Numbered from the stretch's first letter, positions 1 to 12,155 are shown. The stretch: 64,000 nt of DNA from Macrostomum lignano (GCA_002269645.1 NIVC01001493.1:186001-250000); one strand, 5' to 3'. Numbers and translations are program-made. Notes: generated from the sequence alone by a model not told the origin.

Positions 1-56
<56 letters not shown>

Positions 57-75
57 GTCTGTTTGCCTGTCTGCC

Positions 76-152
<77 letters not shown>

Positions 153-175
153 ATCTGTCTGTTTGCCTGTCTGCC

Positions 176-236
<61 letters not shown>

Positions 237-259
237 ATCTGTCTGTTTGCCTGTCTGCC

Positions 260-340
<81 letters not shown>

Positions 341-367
341 TAGTGTCTGTCTGTCTGTCTATCTGTA

Positions 368-408
<41 letters not shown>

Positions 409-545
409 GCCTGTCTGTCTGTCTGCCTGTCTGTCTGTCTGTCTGTCTGTCTGCCTGTCTGTCTGTCTGTCTGTCTGTCTGTCTGCCTGTATGTCTGTCT
501 GTCTCTCTGTCTGTCCCCCATCCATCCCCTGCCCACGCCCCATCC

Positions 546-585
<40 letters not shown>

Positions 586-608
586 GTCTGTCCGCCTGTC
601 TGTCTGTA

Positions 609-677
<69 letters not shown>

Positions 678-696
678 GTCTGTTTGCCTGTCTGCC

Positions 697-733
<37 letters not shown>

Positions 734-736
734 TAG

Positions 737-805
<69 letters not shown>

Positions 806-808
806 GTA

Positions 809-889
<81 letters not shown>

Positions 890-950
890 GCCTGTATGTC
901 TGTCTGTCTCTCTGTCTGTCCCCCATCCATCCCCTGCCCACGCCCCATCC
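1..950. repeat. (TCTG)n microsatellite in the BMS1 intron upstream of the first visible exon, with an internal ~400-bp tandem duplication
   Basis: Direct reading. The unique motif GTCTCTCTGTCTGTCCCCCATCCATCCCCTGCCCACGCCCCATCCG occurs at ~501-546 and again at ~905-951. Confidence 0.97.
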
Positions 951-954
951 GCAG

Positions 955-1266
955 CTTGAGGAGCAGGCCAGAATGAACCGCGAAGAGTTCAAAGACTTAG
1001 ACGAAGACACCCGCGCCCAGCTGGAAGGCTTCCGGCCGGGCCTGTACGTCAGGCTGGAGCTGACTGGTGTGCCCTGCGAGCTGTCGCGCTACTTCGACCC
1101 GGCCTACCCGCTGATCGTTGGCGGCCTCCTGCCAGGCGAATCGTCGACCGGTTTAATCCGGCTGCGGTTCAAGCACCATCGCTGGTACAAGAAGATCTTA
1201 AAGACCCGCGACCCGCTCGTGTTCTCAGCTGGCTGGCGGCGGTTCCAGTCTATGCCGATTTATTCG
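955..1266 (+). CDS. BMS1: Ribosome biogenesis GTPase BMS1, internal exon; gene is 5'-truncated by the window. Visible join: 955..1266, 9296..9672, 10575..10833, 12156..12497
   Basis: [12 protein letters not shown]...[12 protein letters not shown]...[34 protein letters not shown] matches the BMS1 C-terminal region. Acceptor CAG ends at 954; donor GTAAG at 1267. Confidence 0.93.
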
Positions 1267-1407
1267 GTAAGTTATATATATAGTCTCGTTTTATCGTTAA
1301 TTTCCACCGATATGTATCGAGAAACGTTTCTATTACATGTCTGTTTTAACGCATTTAATCAACTATTCAATGTCAAACTAAACAATATGTGTCTGAAAAA
1401 TCATCGC

Positions 1408-3117
1408 TGAACAGCTTTCAAAATCATATCTTAGCAGTCTTCAAAATCATCAATGAACAGCCTTCAAAATCATCAATGAACAGCCTTCAAAATCATCAAT
1501 GAACAGCCTTCAAAATCATCAATGAACAGCCTTCAAAATCATCAATGAACAGCCTTCAAAATCATCAATGAACAGCCTTCAAAATCATCAATGAACAGCC
1601 TTCAAAATCATCACTTAATAGCCTTCAAAATCGTCAATGAACAGTCTTCAAAATCATCAATAAACAGCCTTCAAAATCATCAATGAACAGCCTTCAAAAT
1701 AATCACTGAACAGCCTTCAAAATAATCACTGAACAGCCGTCAAAATCATCACTGAACAGCCTTCAAAATAATCACTGAACAGCCTTCAAAATAATCACTG
1801 AACAGCCGTCAAAATAATCACTGAACAGCCTTCAAAATCATCACTGAACAGCCTTCAAAATAATCACTAAACAGCCTTCAAAATAATCACTGAACAGCCC
1901 TCAAAATCATCACTGAACAGCCCTCAAAATCATTACTGAACAGCCTTCAAAATCATCAATGAACAGTCTTCAAAATCATCAATGAACAGCCTTCAAAATC
2001 ATCAATGAACAGCCTTCAAAATCATCACTTAATAGCCTTCAAAATCGTCAATGAACAGTCTTCAAAATCATCAATAAACAGCCTTCAAAATCATCAATGA
2101 ACAGCCTTCAAAATAATCACTGAACAGTCTTCAAAATCATCACTGAACAGCCTTCAAAATCATCAATGAACAGCCTTCAAAATAATCACTGAACAGCCTT
2201 CAAAATAATCACTGAACAGCCTTCAAACTTATCACTGAACAGCCTTCAAAATAATCACTGAACAGCCGTCAAAATCATCAATGAACAGCCTTCAAAATCA
2301 TCAATGAACAGCCTTCAAAATCATCACTTAATAGCCTTCAAAATCATCACTGAATAGCCTTCAAAATCATATTGAATATCCTTTAAAATCATCGCTTCAA
2401 AGCCTTCAAAATCATCCAAAAGCCTTCAAAATCATCACTGAACAGCCTTCAAAATCATCACTGAACAGCCTTGAAAATAATCACTGAACAGCCGTCAAAA
2501 TCATCACTGAACAGCCTTCAAAATAATCACTGAACAGCCGTCAAAATCATCACTGAACAGCCTTCAAAATAATCACTGAACAGCCGTCAAAATCATCACT
2601 GAACAGCCTTCAAAATAATCACTGAACAGCCGTCAAAATCATCACTGAACAGCCTTGAAAATAATCACTGAACAGCCTTCAAAATAATCACTGAACAGCC
2701 GTCAAAATCATCACTGAACAGCCTTCAAAATAATCACTGAACAGCCTTCAAACTTATCACTGAACAGCCTTCAAAATAATCACTGAACAGCCGTCAAAAT
2801 CATCACTGAACAGCCTTCAAAATAATCACTGAACAGCCTTCAAAATAATCACTGAACAGCCGTCAAAATAATCACTGAACAGCCTTCAAAATCATCACTG
2901 AACAGCCTTCAAAATAATCACTGAACAGCCTTCAAAATAATCACTGAACAGCCTTCAAAATAATCACTGAACAGCCTTCAAAATAATCACTGAACAGCCT
3001 TCAAAATAATCACTGAACAGCCGTCAAAATCATCACTGAACAGCCTTCAAAATAATCACTGAACAGCCTTCAAAATAATCACTGAACAGCCGTCAAAATC
3101 ATCACTGAACAGCCTTC
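1408..3117. repeat. 23-bp minisatellite (AAAAT(C/A)ATCACTGAACAGCCTTC), left part, in a BMS1 intron
   Basis: Dozens of tandem units. The array is interrupted at 3118 by a LINE and resumes at 9020. Confidence 0.97.
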
Positions 3118-3214
3118 TTGACTTACTTGACTTAGCTGCAGGGCTGTCCCGGAGGGGACACAGCGGGAAGGCGCGGGCGCCCATTCCGCTAGTCCCTGAA
3201 CGGCCGACGCGTCG

Positions 3215-6200
3215 CTATGGACGGAGGGTTGGCGCCGCCCAGGGAGGTCCCCCAGTGTCGCCAGCAGCTATGGTGCTCTCTGGAAAGGAGAGTTCAGCCC
3301 TGCGGGTGGCCCGAAGGTAGCGCATGAGCTGATTAAAGTTTTCGGGTTTGCACGCTTCAGTAATAGATGTGTGTGGCCCGAGGTAAGTGAGTCTGGCCCG
3401 CGTGAAGGCGGGACAGATGCTGACGAAATGCTCAGCGGTTTCGTCACCTGAGTTGCAGAAACTACAGGTGGCGTTGGTGGCGTTGCCCTGCAGGTACTGG
3501 TGCCTGGAGAAGCAGCCGTGACCAGAGAGGGTCATGGTGGCAGCCCGGATGTCTCTGCGCGAGAGGCGCAAGAGGAGCTTCCGGAGCTGGTGAGAGGGCT
3601 GAGGGACAGCGCCTCTGGATTGCCTGCAGTTCGTGCGGTTCGCCCAAGTCGAGCGGTGCTGAGTCCTGATCCACGCTTTGATGCGCGAGTCGATGACACA
3701 GCCAGGAATCGGGACAAGAGGTTCGGGGCCGAGAGAGGAGCCGGAGGCACCAACTTTTGCAAGGGTGTCAGCCAACTCATTTCCTCGGATCCCCACATGC
3801 CCCGGAACCCACTTAAGGGTAATTTTGTTGGCGGAACCCAACACATTGAGGAGTTTGATACAGTCAAGGACTGTAGCAGAGTTGGTGCTGCAGCCACTGA
3901 TGGCGTGCAAGGCAGCTTGGCTGTCCGAATGGAAAATGATGTTCTTACCAGTAACGCCAGTGGCGAGAAGCTCTGCAGTGCAGGAGCTGATGGCCAGAAC
4001 TTCATTTTGGAAAACACTGGAGTTGACCCCAGTGTATTGAGCGTGGGTAGCGATGACCCTCCCGTTCAGAAAGATTCCAACACCAAAGCCGGTGTTGGCT
4101 GACTGCTTAGAACCGTCGGTGTAGCAATGAAGCTCACCAGGGTTCCAATGGTCATTGATGTTATCGCGCGAGTCGATAGCTACGGAGTAGCGCTGTCTCA
4201 GGTTGAGCGTTGAGGCAATGCCATCGGTGAAGACGCGATTGGCCTGACACTCGTTGAGAAAGTTGAGGCACAGATCGCTATGCGGGACAAGGTTCCGCTT
4301 AGCAGGTGCTCTCATGTAAATGAATTTGACGCCGGCATCAATTAGACGCCGCGTCGTTCTAGCCGCCTCACCCCTGATGAAGAGGTCAAGAGGCGGAAGA
4401 TTAAGAAAGGCCCCCATGCCAGCAAAGGGCGTGGACCTGGTGGCGTTGCAGATGAGCCTACACGCTCTGCCTTGGATCGTGTTGAGCAGGTCTGCATGGC
4501 TTTTGACCTGGGTAGCGCTAACCCAGACAACAGAGGCGTACGTAATGGCAGGTCTAACTACGGAAGTATAGATCCACCAAAGCCGCTTTGGGGATAGACC
4601 CCAAGAAGTGCCAAGTGCTCGTCGGAGCTGGGCCAGGATGGCTGAGGCACGCTTAGCTTTTGCTTTCACGTGGAAGGACCAGTTGAGCCGGTGGTCAAGT
4701 GTGACCCCGAGACATCTGGTCTGGTGCGCGAAGGCAATATCTCTGCCGTAGAGCTGCAGAGGACGTATGTTCCAGCGTAGTCTGCTGGTAAACATAATGG
4801 CAACGGTTTTGGGCTCAGAGAGTTCCAAACCATTGTCATTGGCCCAGGATTCTGCTTTGCGGATAAAGCTCTGCATCAGATCCCTGAGCGTGCTGGGAGA
4901 CGGTCCTGCCACAATGGCCGTGACGTCATCAGCATACCCGACTTTGAAGACGGGGTCAGGTCGGGAGTCACTCAGAAGAGCGTCCATGACCAGGTTCCAG
5001 AGCGTCGGGGTGAGGACTCCGCCTTGGGGTCCACCCTTACAGACTCTGGTGGAGGCAGTTTGCCCAAGAAGTTGGGCAGTGACCGTACGGTTGGAGATCA
5101 TGTACATGATCCACCGTATGAGGGTAGCATGAGCTTTGCGATTTTGAAGGGCCCTCTGAAACGCTTCAAAGATAACGTTGTCGAAGGCGCCAACAATGTC
5201 AAGAAAGAGAGCCAGGGCGTAACCGTCACCCAGTACCGCCCGTTCAATCTTTTCGACAATCGCATGCAGGGCGCTGTCAGTCGACCTCCCGGTACGGAAG
5301 GCGTGCTGATTATTGCTGAGGGGCATCGCTGTCAGCTCGCAGGAGAGCAGCCGCCAGAGAATAAGCCTCTCAGTGAGCTTAAGCATTGCTGACGTTAAGC
5401 TAATTGGCCGGAAGGCCTTGACGCTTTGGTAGTCACCCTTCCCAGGTTTGGGAATAAAGACTACTCGAGCTTCAGTCCAGCTTTTGGGAACGTATCCCAG
5501 CTGGATAGAGGCCCGCATAAGATTGCGGGTGAGTCTCAGGAACGAGGGTATCTTGGCTGCTTCACGAAGGAGAACAGGGTAGATACCATCAGGTCCAGGA
5601 GATTTGAAGGGTTTGAAGGTTCTGACCGCACGAGCGATTAGGTCTTCAGTGACAATGCCCGCCGCTAGGGTGGCTCCATCCATCGAATGGTTGGGCTCCG
5701 GTCTAGCAGTAGGTACCCTCGGGAAGAATGTGCTAAGCATATGCTGAAGCACTTCTTCAGGGTCTTTAGTAAGAGAGCCATCATCTTTTTTGATCATGGC
5801 TAATTTGGACATTTTGTCCATTGTAAGGGCCTTGACAAGCCTAGAAGTAGGTCTGTCTTGATCCAATTCATTGCAGAATTGGCGCCACTTACATTCCTTG
5901 GCCTTGCGCACTTCAGATTTGAAATTGCGGGAGGCTTGCCGGAAAAGCTCCATGTCCTCCGGGTTTCCGGTCTTCATGGCACGGCGATGAAGGCTTTTGG
6001 CCTTCCGCCTGAGTTTCCCCAGCTCCGGGTTCCACCACGGCGCCGAGGTCTTGCCTCTGTAGGCGCGAGCAGGACAAGCCGCTTCGTAGGCTGCAATAAT
6101 GCAACCTGTCAGCGTCTCAGCCATATGATCCACATCCTCGCAGGTCTCAATCGGACGTAAGTCCGTGAGTTCCTGCAGGTGCAGATCAAGGGCAGCCTTG

Positions 6201-6954
6201 TAGGCCGCCCAATCAGTGTTGCGGATATTGCGTCTCCAAGTGATCGGAGACTGGGTTTTAGTGTCCGCGATATTAAAGGCAATAAAGCAGTGGTCAGACA
6301 GGGAGGGCTCCTCAGACCAGACTCTCCACTCCTTGACTCTGTCAAAGAGTCTTGGGGTAACGAGTGTGGCGTCGAGGACCTCGGTCCATCTGCCATTATT
6401 AAAGGTAGGAGTGCTGCCGCGGTTGCAGAGCATGAGGTTTGTGTTAGAGATGAGGGCCAGAAGCTCCTCTCCTCTAGTGTTGGTATCTTTGCTGCCCCAG
6501 TGCTTGTGGTGCGCGTTGAGGTCGCCCCCTAAGCACAGCTCAGCGTTCTGGGACTCGCAGTACTGCGCAAGGCGCAGTAAACTCTCGGAGCAGGGTCTCT
6601 GTCGCCTGGGATATAAACCGAGGCAACAAGACACGTACGCGGAGAGAAATGATTAGATTGGATGACGCAAAGGTCTCCATCAGAGAGATCAGTCCTCAGC
6701 CAAGCCTGGAGATGGCTAGCAGCGAGGATAGCCGCTCTAGGGCGGCTGTTCCCCGGGCCACACACATAAAAATCAGAGTAGCCAGAGGGAATGTTGGGCA
6801 ACTTACCGTTGCGCATCCAGGGTTCCTGGATCAGGATGAGGCCTGGCCTGTACAGCTCAGCAATCTTCATCAGATTTACTGACGCAGATACGCAATGCTG
6901 TAAATTTATTTGCAGACAGAATGTCGCTCCTTTGGCAGCGTGGAGCTTAGTCAT
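3215..6954 (-). CDS. LINE ORF2 (pol): AP endonuclease, reverse transcriptase, RNase H and CCHC knuckle; one frameshift near 6590
   Basis: ATG at 6954 gives LQINLQHC...IQEPW...SVYIPG; the ORF continues in another frame with GGDLNAHH and SDH (APE), FRPISL, QGGVLTP and YADD (RT), YTDGS, QNEVLAI, HSDSQAA, WVPGH and GNELAD (RNase H), and C-x2-C-x8-H-x4-C. The span of 3740 nt is one base short of whole codons. Confidence 0.93.
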
Positions 6955-6977
6955 ACTGTATTAAATGCAATATCTGG

Positions 6978-8498
6978 CTAGAGCCCAGGGCCATCAAGGA
7001 GACTTGGACAACAGATCGTCCTCGTCCCAGGCCGCTGGGGCTTGACTGGGAGATGGGAGTTGGTCGACGTCCATGGCCTCCTCACCCCCACCGGCCCCCC
7101 AGCAGACTCCTCAGGCTCCGATGACAGGATGGAGGAAGCTTCCTCACCTGCATCTTTACCTTCAGACCCCACCAAGGTGGCCGAGGAGAGCTCGGATTCC
7201 GAAGACCCGGCCTCGTCCTCAACTCCTTCTCCGACTGGCAGGTTTGGTTCCCGGGGCTCGGCCGGAGCCGTTACCGCGGTCGCCGAACTGCTGCTAGCAG
7301 AGGGGCGAGATGCAGCTTTGGCTTTGGGATCGGCTTGCGCCTTTCCTTGGGCCTTAGACTGCGCCCCGCTCTTGCCGGAGATGCCGGGGTTGGCAGTAGC
7401 CTTCCCTTTGGCAGACTTTTCTCGGCGCAACTTGAGCTTGAGGGCACCCAGCTGGAAAGAGGATCCATTAGGGTACCGACTCGCCCAAGTGCTGGAAAGG
7501 CCGAGGACAATTGAGTTGCCCGTCTCCCCCCTGCGGACTTTACGGTGATACACCAGTCCACTAGCAGGGAGGTCGGGGTTCAGACGCAGTAGGACCCGGC
7601 GAATAACGTCTGGTCCAGCTGCGGTGCTCTTAGCAGGGACGAAAACCACATAGGGTATCGTCTTTGGACGCTGGCCCTCGCGAAGAAAAAGAGCTCCGCC
7701 AAGGTCAGCATCCAAGGAGACCGTCGGTAGCCGCTGGAGCAGCCGCCGAGCGTCCTCCTCGCTGCTAGGAGCAATAAGAACGAATGTGCTTCGCAGCACC
7801 ATCCGCTCAACGCCGATGGAGATTCCCTCCTCGACAGTCAGCTCAATCAGATAGGAGTCAACAGCACTCCACACTTTTTGAAGCTGATCAGTGGTCCAGT
7901 CCTGGTCGCGACCTTGGATGATCACTCCCGGGATTTTGGCCTTGGCCTTCGCCGCAAAGGTAGCTCCCGAAGGAACCTCCTTGTTGGCAGTGGCCATTTG
8001 TTGCGCCGTGGTTTCGGCCTCAGCAGCCGCGGCAGCAGCTCCAGGGAGCGCCGCCGCTGAACTACTGGAGCTTCCACCGGCCGGCCCGCCTGGTTGCCTT
8101 GGGACTCCAGTCGCTTCAGCATCCATGGTGGACGCCGCCGCTTTGGCCCCCGCAGCTCCCTTCTTGGCCTGCCTTTTGGCGCGTTGTTTAGCGCGTTTGC
8201 GCTCAAGCCGAGCCCGCTGAGCTTCATCGGATCTGCCAGATTTGGCCGGTCCTTTAGGCTCAGAGCTCGCGGTTCCCTTAGATCCACCAGCGGAGCTGGC
8301 AGGTCTTAGGGTATTTTGAGTTTGGTAGCTCTGGTCGGATCTGCCAGCAGAGCCAGCCGGTCCTTCCTTTGCCACAGTTGAATCAGTCGGTTGGGATCTG
8401 CCAGCAGGGCCGGCCGGTCCTTCGGACTGAGGTTGGGGTTTAGAAGGGTCCCCATCCCTAGAAATAGCTTGTTTATCCATAGTCGGCTCGAAGGCCAT
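6978..8498 (-). CDS. LINE ORF1 protein, low-complexity and basic, with a DUF4780-like central region
   Basis: Long ORF directly upstream of ORF2; first ATG at 8498 (MAFEPTMDK). VVFVP...VIRRVLLRLNPDLPASGL resembles ORF1 of LOA-type elements (recalled, not searched). No CCHC knuckles seen. Confidence 0.8.
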   Translation of the reverse strand: MAFEPTMDKQAISRDGDPSKPQPQSEGPAGPAGRSQPTDSTVAKEGPAGSAGRSDQSYQTQNTLRPASSAGGSKGTASSEPKGPAKSGRSDEAQRARLERKRAKQRAKRQAKKGAAGAKAAASTMDAEATGVPRQPGGPAGGSSSSSAAALPGAAAAAAEAETTAQQMATANKEVPSGATFAAKAKAKIPGVIIQGRDQDWTTDQLQKVWSAVDSYLIELTVEEGISIGVERMVLRSTFVLIAPSSEEDARRLLQRLPTVSLDADLGGALFLREGQRPKTIPYVVFVPAKSTAAGPDVIRRVLLRLNPDLPASGLVYHRKVRRGETGNSIVLGLSSTWASRYPNGSSFQLGALKLKLRREKSAKGKATANPGISGKSGAQSKAQGKAQADPKAKAASRPSASSSSATAVTAPAEPREPNLPVGEGVEDEAGSSESELSSATLVGSEGKDAGEEASSILSSEPEESAGGPVGVRRPWTSTNSHLPVKPQRPGTRTICCPSLLDGPGL

Positions 8499-9019
8499 GA
8501 TAGAAGGTTGGTGGGCTACCCTCAAAGGGGCGCGGTACCCACCCGGCCGCTCCACCTGACCGGGCAGTAGGCCAATAGCACCCTCAAGGCTGGCCCGACA
8601 CCAGGAGGGGGACCGCTTGCGACCGGACTACTCCCCGGCCTTCCAGCCCATCGGCACGGTCAACACCTTAGGCATTAGAGAGTACGTTGAGCAGTACCAC
8701 GGCCTGCAGGTTGGCGAGCCAGACCCGCATACCCAAATTCGGCCGAAGCCACTGGATAGGGTCGCCAGCGCCGGAGCCCAGTCTGTCCAGCAGCCCTAGG
8801 GACTGCCTTGAACACACGCGGGGACGAGTACCCTGGGTCGACTTGCGAGACAGCGTGGGGGGGGGGGGTCTGCGGCTGCCAGAGGCAAATAGAGGGTGCA
8901 GACCTCCCACCAGCCTTGACCTGCTGAAGATAGGGGCAGGCGTGAAGCATCGCAGACCTTAGCCCATGGGCCTAGTCTGTCTCATACTTCACTGGCATGC
9001 TGAATACGCCTTCGCGTGC

Positions 9020-9245
9020 GAACAGCCTTCAAAATCATCACTGAACAGCCTTCAAAATAATCACTGAACAGCCTTCAAAATAATCACTGAACAGCCGTCA
9101 AAATCATCACTGAACAGCCTTCAAAATAATCACTAAACAGCCTTCAAAATAATCACTGAACAGCCGTCAAAATCATCACTGAACAGCCTTCAAAATAATC
9201 ACTGAACAGCCTTCAAAATAATCACTGAACAGCCTATAAAATCAC
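9020..9245. repeat. 23-bp minisatellite, right part (continuation of 1408-3117)
   Basis: Same unit resumes after the LINE and ends ~50 bp before the BMS1 acceptor. Confidence 0.95.
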
Positions 9246-9295
9246 CACTTAACAATCCAAGAACTCAAAGAAGCCATTGCACCTGTTCACCCCAG

Positions 9296-9672
9296 GTGGA
9301 GGAGCACAACGGCAGGCACCGCTACCTGAAGTACACACCGGAGCATCAGCACTGCGACGCCACAATATTCGGCCCGCTGCTGCCGCACAACACCGGCCTG
9401 CTAGCCGTTCAAAGCGTCAGCGAAGTTGGCCAAGACTTTCGCATCGCCGGCTTAGGCGTTGTGCTGGAGAAAGATCACAGCGTGCCGATCATGAAGAAGC
9501 TGAAACTGATTGGAGAGCCTTATAAAATCTTTAAGAAGACCGCCTTTATTAAAGGCATGTTCAGTTCCAGGCTGGAAGCTACGAAGTTTGTTGGCGCCAG
9601 ACTGCAGACTGTGTCGGGCATTCGCGGTATGGTTAAGAGGCCGCTGGCTGAGAAGGACACCGGAGCGGTCAG
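9296..9672 (+). CDS. BMS1: BMS1 exon
   Basis: CCCAG|GTG GAG GAG gives VEEHNGRHRYLKYTPEH...ATKFVGARLQTVSGIRG...GAVR, in frame with the previous exon. Donor GT at 9673. Confidence 0.93.
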
Positions 9673-9747
9673 GTGTGTATTGTTAACTGCGTTTCTAGCC
9701 TTTTCTGCTGCCAAGTATGAAGCCATTTTAGCGATACCGATTTTCAC

Positions 9748-10497
9748 ACCAACTGACACCCATCTGATCCCTGCTGACGCCTTGTCTTGACGCTACTGAC
9801 ACCCTTCTGATTCCTGCTGACACCCCATCTGATCCCTACTGACGCCTTGTCTTGACGCTACTGACACCCTTCTGATTCCTGCTGACACCCCATCTGATCC
9901 ATTTTGACACCCCATCTGATTCCTGCTGACACCCATCTGATCTCTTTTGACAACCCATCTGATTCCTGGTGACGCCTTGTCTTGACACTACTGACACCCT
10001 TCTGATTCCTGCTGACACCCCATCTGATCCCTACTGACGCCTTGTCTTGACGCTACTGACACCCTTCTGATTCCTGCTGACACCCCATTTGATCCCTACT
10101 GACGCCTTGTCTTGACGCTACTGACACCCTTCTGATTCCTGCTGACACCCCATCTGATCCCTACTGACGCCTTGTCTTGACGCTACTGACACCCATCTGA
10201 TCCCTTTTGACACCCCATCTGATTCCTGCTGACGCCTTGTCTTGACGCTACTGACGCCCTTCTGATTCCTGCTGACAACCCATTTTGACGCTACTGACAC
10301 CCTTCTGATTCCTGCTGACACCCTATCTGATCCCTGCTGACGCATTGTCTTGACGCTACTGACACCCTTCTGATTCCTGCTGAAACCCATCTGATTCTTT
10401 CTAACACCCATCTGATTCTTTCTGACACCCATCTGATCCCTGCTGACACCCATCTGATCCCTGCTGACACCCCATCTGAACCTTGCTGACACCCCAA
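9748..10497. repeat. Mosaic ~20-25-bp minisatellite (CTGACACCCCATCTGATCC / GACGCCTTGTCTTGACGCTA) in a BMS1 intron
   Basis: Direct reading. Confidence 0.9.
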
Positions 10498-10574
10498 TAG
10501 GCACCTTGGTCAACTTTCTAATAAGTATTAACTGCATTACTCTTCACTTCGTAATGTTAATGTGAAATTCCCAG

Positions 10575-10833
10575 AGCCACATTCGAGGATCGAATCCTGC
10601 TAAGCGACATCGTATTCTGCCGCTGCTGGGCCCAGGTTGAACCGCCCAGCTACTTTAACCCGGTGTCCACTCTGCTGTTGAACCCGTCCGACCGGCAGCG
10701 CTGGCAGGGTGCCCGCACCGTGGCCGAAATTCGCCGGGCTCGCCAGCTCGACAATCCGGGCGCGGTCAGGCCTGACTCGCAGTATCAGCGGGGCGAACCC
10801 AAGCGAAAGAATTTCGTAGCACTACCCTTGAAG
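10575..10833 (+). CDS. BMS1: BMS1 exon
   Basis: Split codon AG|A gives R, then ATFEDRILLSDIVFCRCW...WQGARTVAEIRR...LPLK. Acceptor CCCAG ends at 10574; donor GTGAG at 10834. Confidence 0.92.
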
Positions 10834-10889
10834 GTGAGCTGTCATAGTTTTAATACCGACTTGCTCCTAACCCTGAGCCCCCCCCCCCT

Positions 10890-11420
10890 TGATCCCCTTT
10901 GATCCGCCCCTTAGCTTGTCTTCTTGATCCGCCCGTCTGAAACGCCCCTTGATCCGCCCCTTGATCCACCCCTTAGCTAGTCTTCTTGATCCCCCCTGAT
11001 CCGCCCCTTGATCCGCCCCTTAGCTAGTCTTCTTGATCCCCCCTGATCCGCCCCTTGATCCGCCCCTTAGCTAGTCTTCTTGATCCCCCCTGATCCGCCC
11101 CTTGATCCGCCCCTTAGCTAGTCTTCTTGATCCGCCCCTTAGCTAGTCTTCTTGATCCCCCTGATCCGCCCCTTGATCCGCCCCTTAGCTAGTCTTCTTG
11201 ATCCCCCTGATCCGCCCCTTGATCCGTCCTTTAGCTAGTCTTCTTGATCCGCCCCTTAGCTAGTCTTCTTGATCCGTCCCTTAGCTAGTCTTCTTGATCC
11301 GCCCCTTAGCTAGTCTTCTTGATCCGCCCCTTAGCTAGTCTTCTTGATCCGCCCCTTAGCTAGTCTTCTTGATCCGCTCCTTAGCTAGTCTTTTTGATCC
11401 CCCTGATCCGCCCCTTGATC
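10890..11420. repeat. 25-bp minisatellite (GATCCGCCCCTTAGCTAGTCTTCTT) in a BMS1 intron
   Basis: Direct reading. Confidence 0.92.
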
Positions 11421-11789
11421 CGCCGTGCCGTCTGCCGCTCGATCGGCTCCACCCGCCACCTAAATCATACAATCAAATCGGAGTTCAAATCGCATTTTGG
11501 CTTTTGTGGATTTCATCACCTCATTATCGACTCTGTGTTGGCTTCTCTTTGGCCCTCTTTCTCCGACCCTATCTGTCTATGCGAATTCGATAGCTTTGAT
11601 CTGCCGCTACAAAGAGACCACCCTTCGAACCTTTGTGGGTAGAGAAATGAAACACGAATTCACGCCGTTTGCGCTATTCGATCCACTATCTTGATGTTCT
11701 GTGTGTGCCTTTGCCCCGCTTACTACTAAGGTTAATCCCTGCATGCCGACCATATCTGACGCGGGAACGGACTACTGGCCTGTGTTTGC

Positions 11790-12100
11790 CCTCCCAGATC
11801 CCCAGTTGCTGGGCCAGCCTCCCAGATCCCCAGTTGCTGGGCCAGCCTCCCAGAGCCTCAGTTGCTGGGCCAGCCTCCCAGATCCTCAGTTGCTGGGCCA
11901 GCCTCCCAGATCCTCAGTTGCTGGGCCAGCCTCCCAGATCCCCAGTTGCTCGGCCAGCCTCCCAGATCCCCAGTTGCTGGGCCAGCTTCCCAAATCCCCA
12001 GTTGCTCGGCCAGCCTCCCAGATCCCCAGTTGCTGGGCCAGCTTCCCAAATCCTCAGTTGCTGGGCCAGCTTCCCAAATCCTCAGTTGCTGGGCTTCCAG
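11790..12100. repeat. 28-bp minisatellite (CCCAGATCCCCAGTTGCTGGGCCAGCCT) in a BMS1 intron
   Basis: Direct reading; ends ~55 bp before the acceptor. Confidence 0.92.
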
Positions 12101-12155
12101 ATTGTGTCACGTGACCAATTCGAATTTTCCCAATTCCTCACCCCGCCGTCGCTAG

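Larger units (their letters stand above)
3118..9019 (-). mobile_element. Near full-length non-LTR retrotransposon of LOA/R1 type (I group), with RNase H
   Basis: ORF1 plus ORF2 (APE, RT, RNase H, CCHC). The 3' end is a short repeat tail (CTAAGTCAAGTAAGTCAA on the - strand). An 11-bp duplication GAACAGCCTTC flanks it at 3107-3117 and 9020-9030. Confidence 0.93.

Noticed and set aside
51-959. ORFs reading (CLSV)n or (TDRQ)n
   Set aside because: Translations of the TCTG microsatellite. Only 955-1266 of the 163..1410 ORF is a real exon.
3462-8950. Many short ORFs overlapping the LINE
   Set aside because: Antisense or alternate-frame shadows of GC-rich ORF1 and ORF2, except 6529..6954, which is the true ORF2 N-terminus.
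11420-11790. Possible intronic snoRNA in BMS1
   Set aside because: Only a degenerate C box, with no terminal stem or recognisable rRNA guide.
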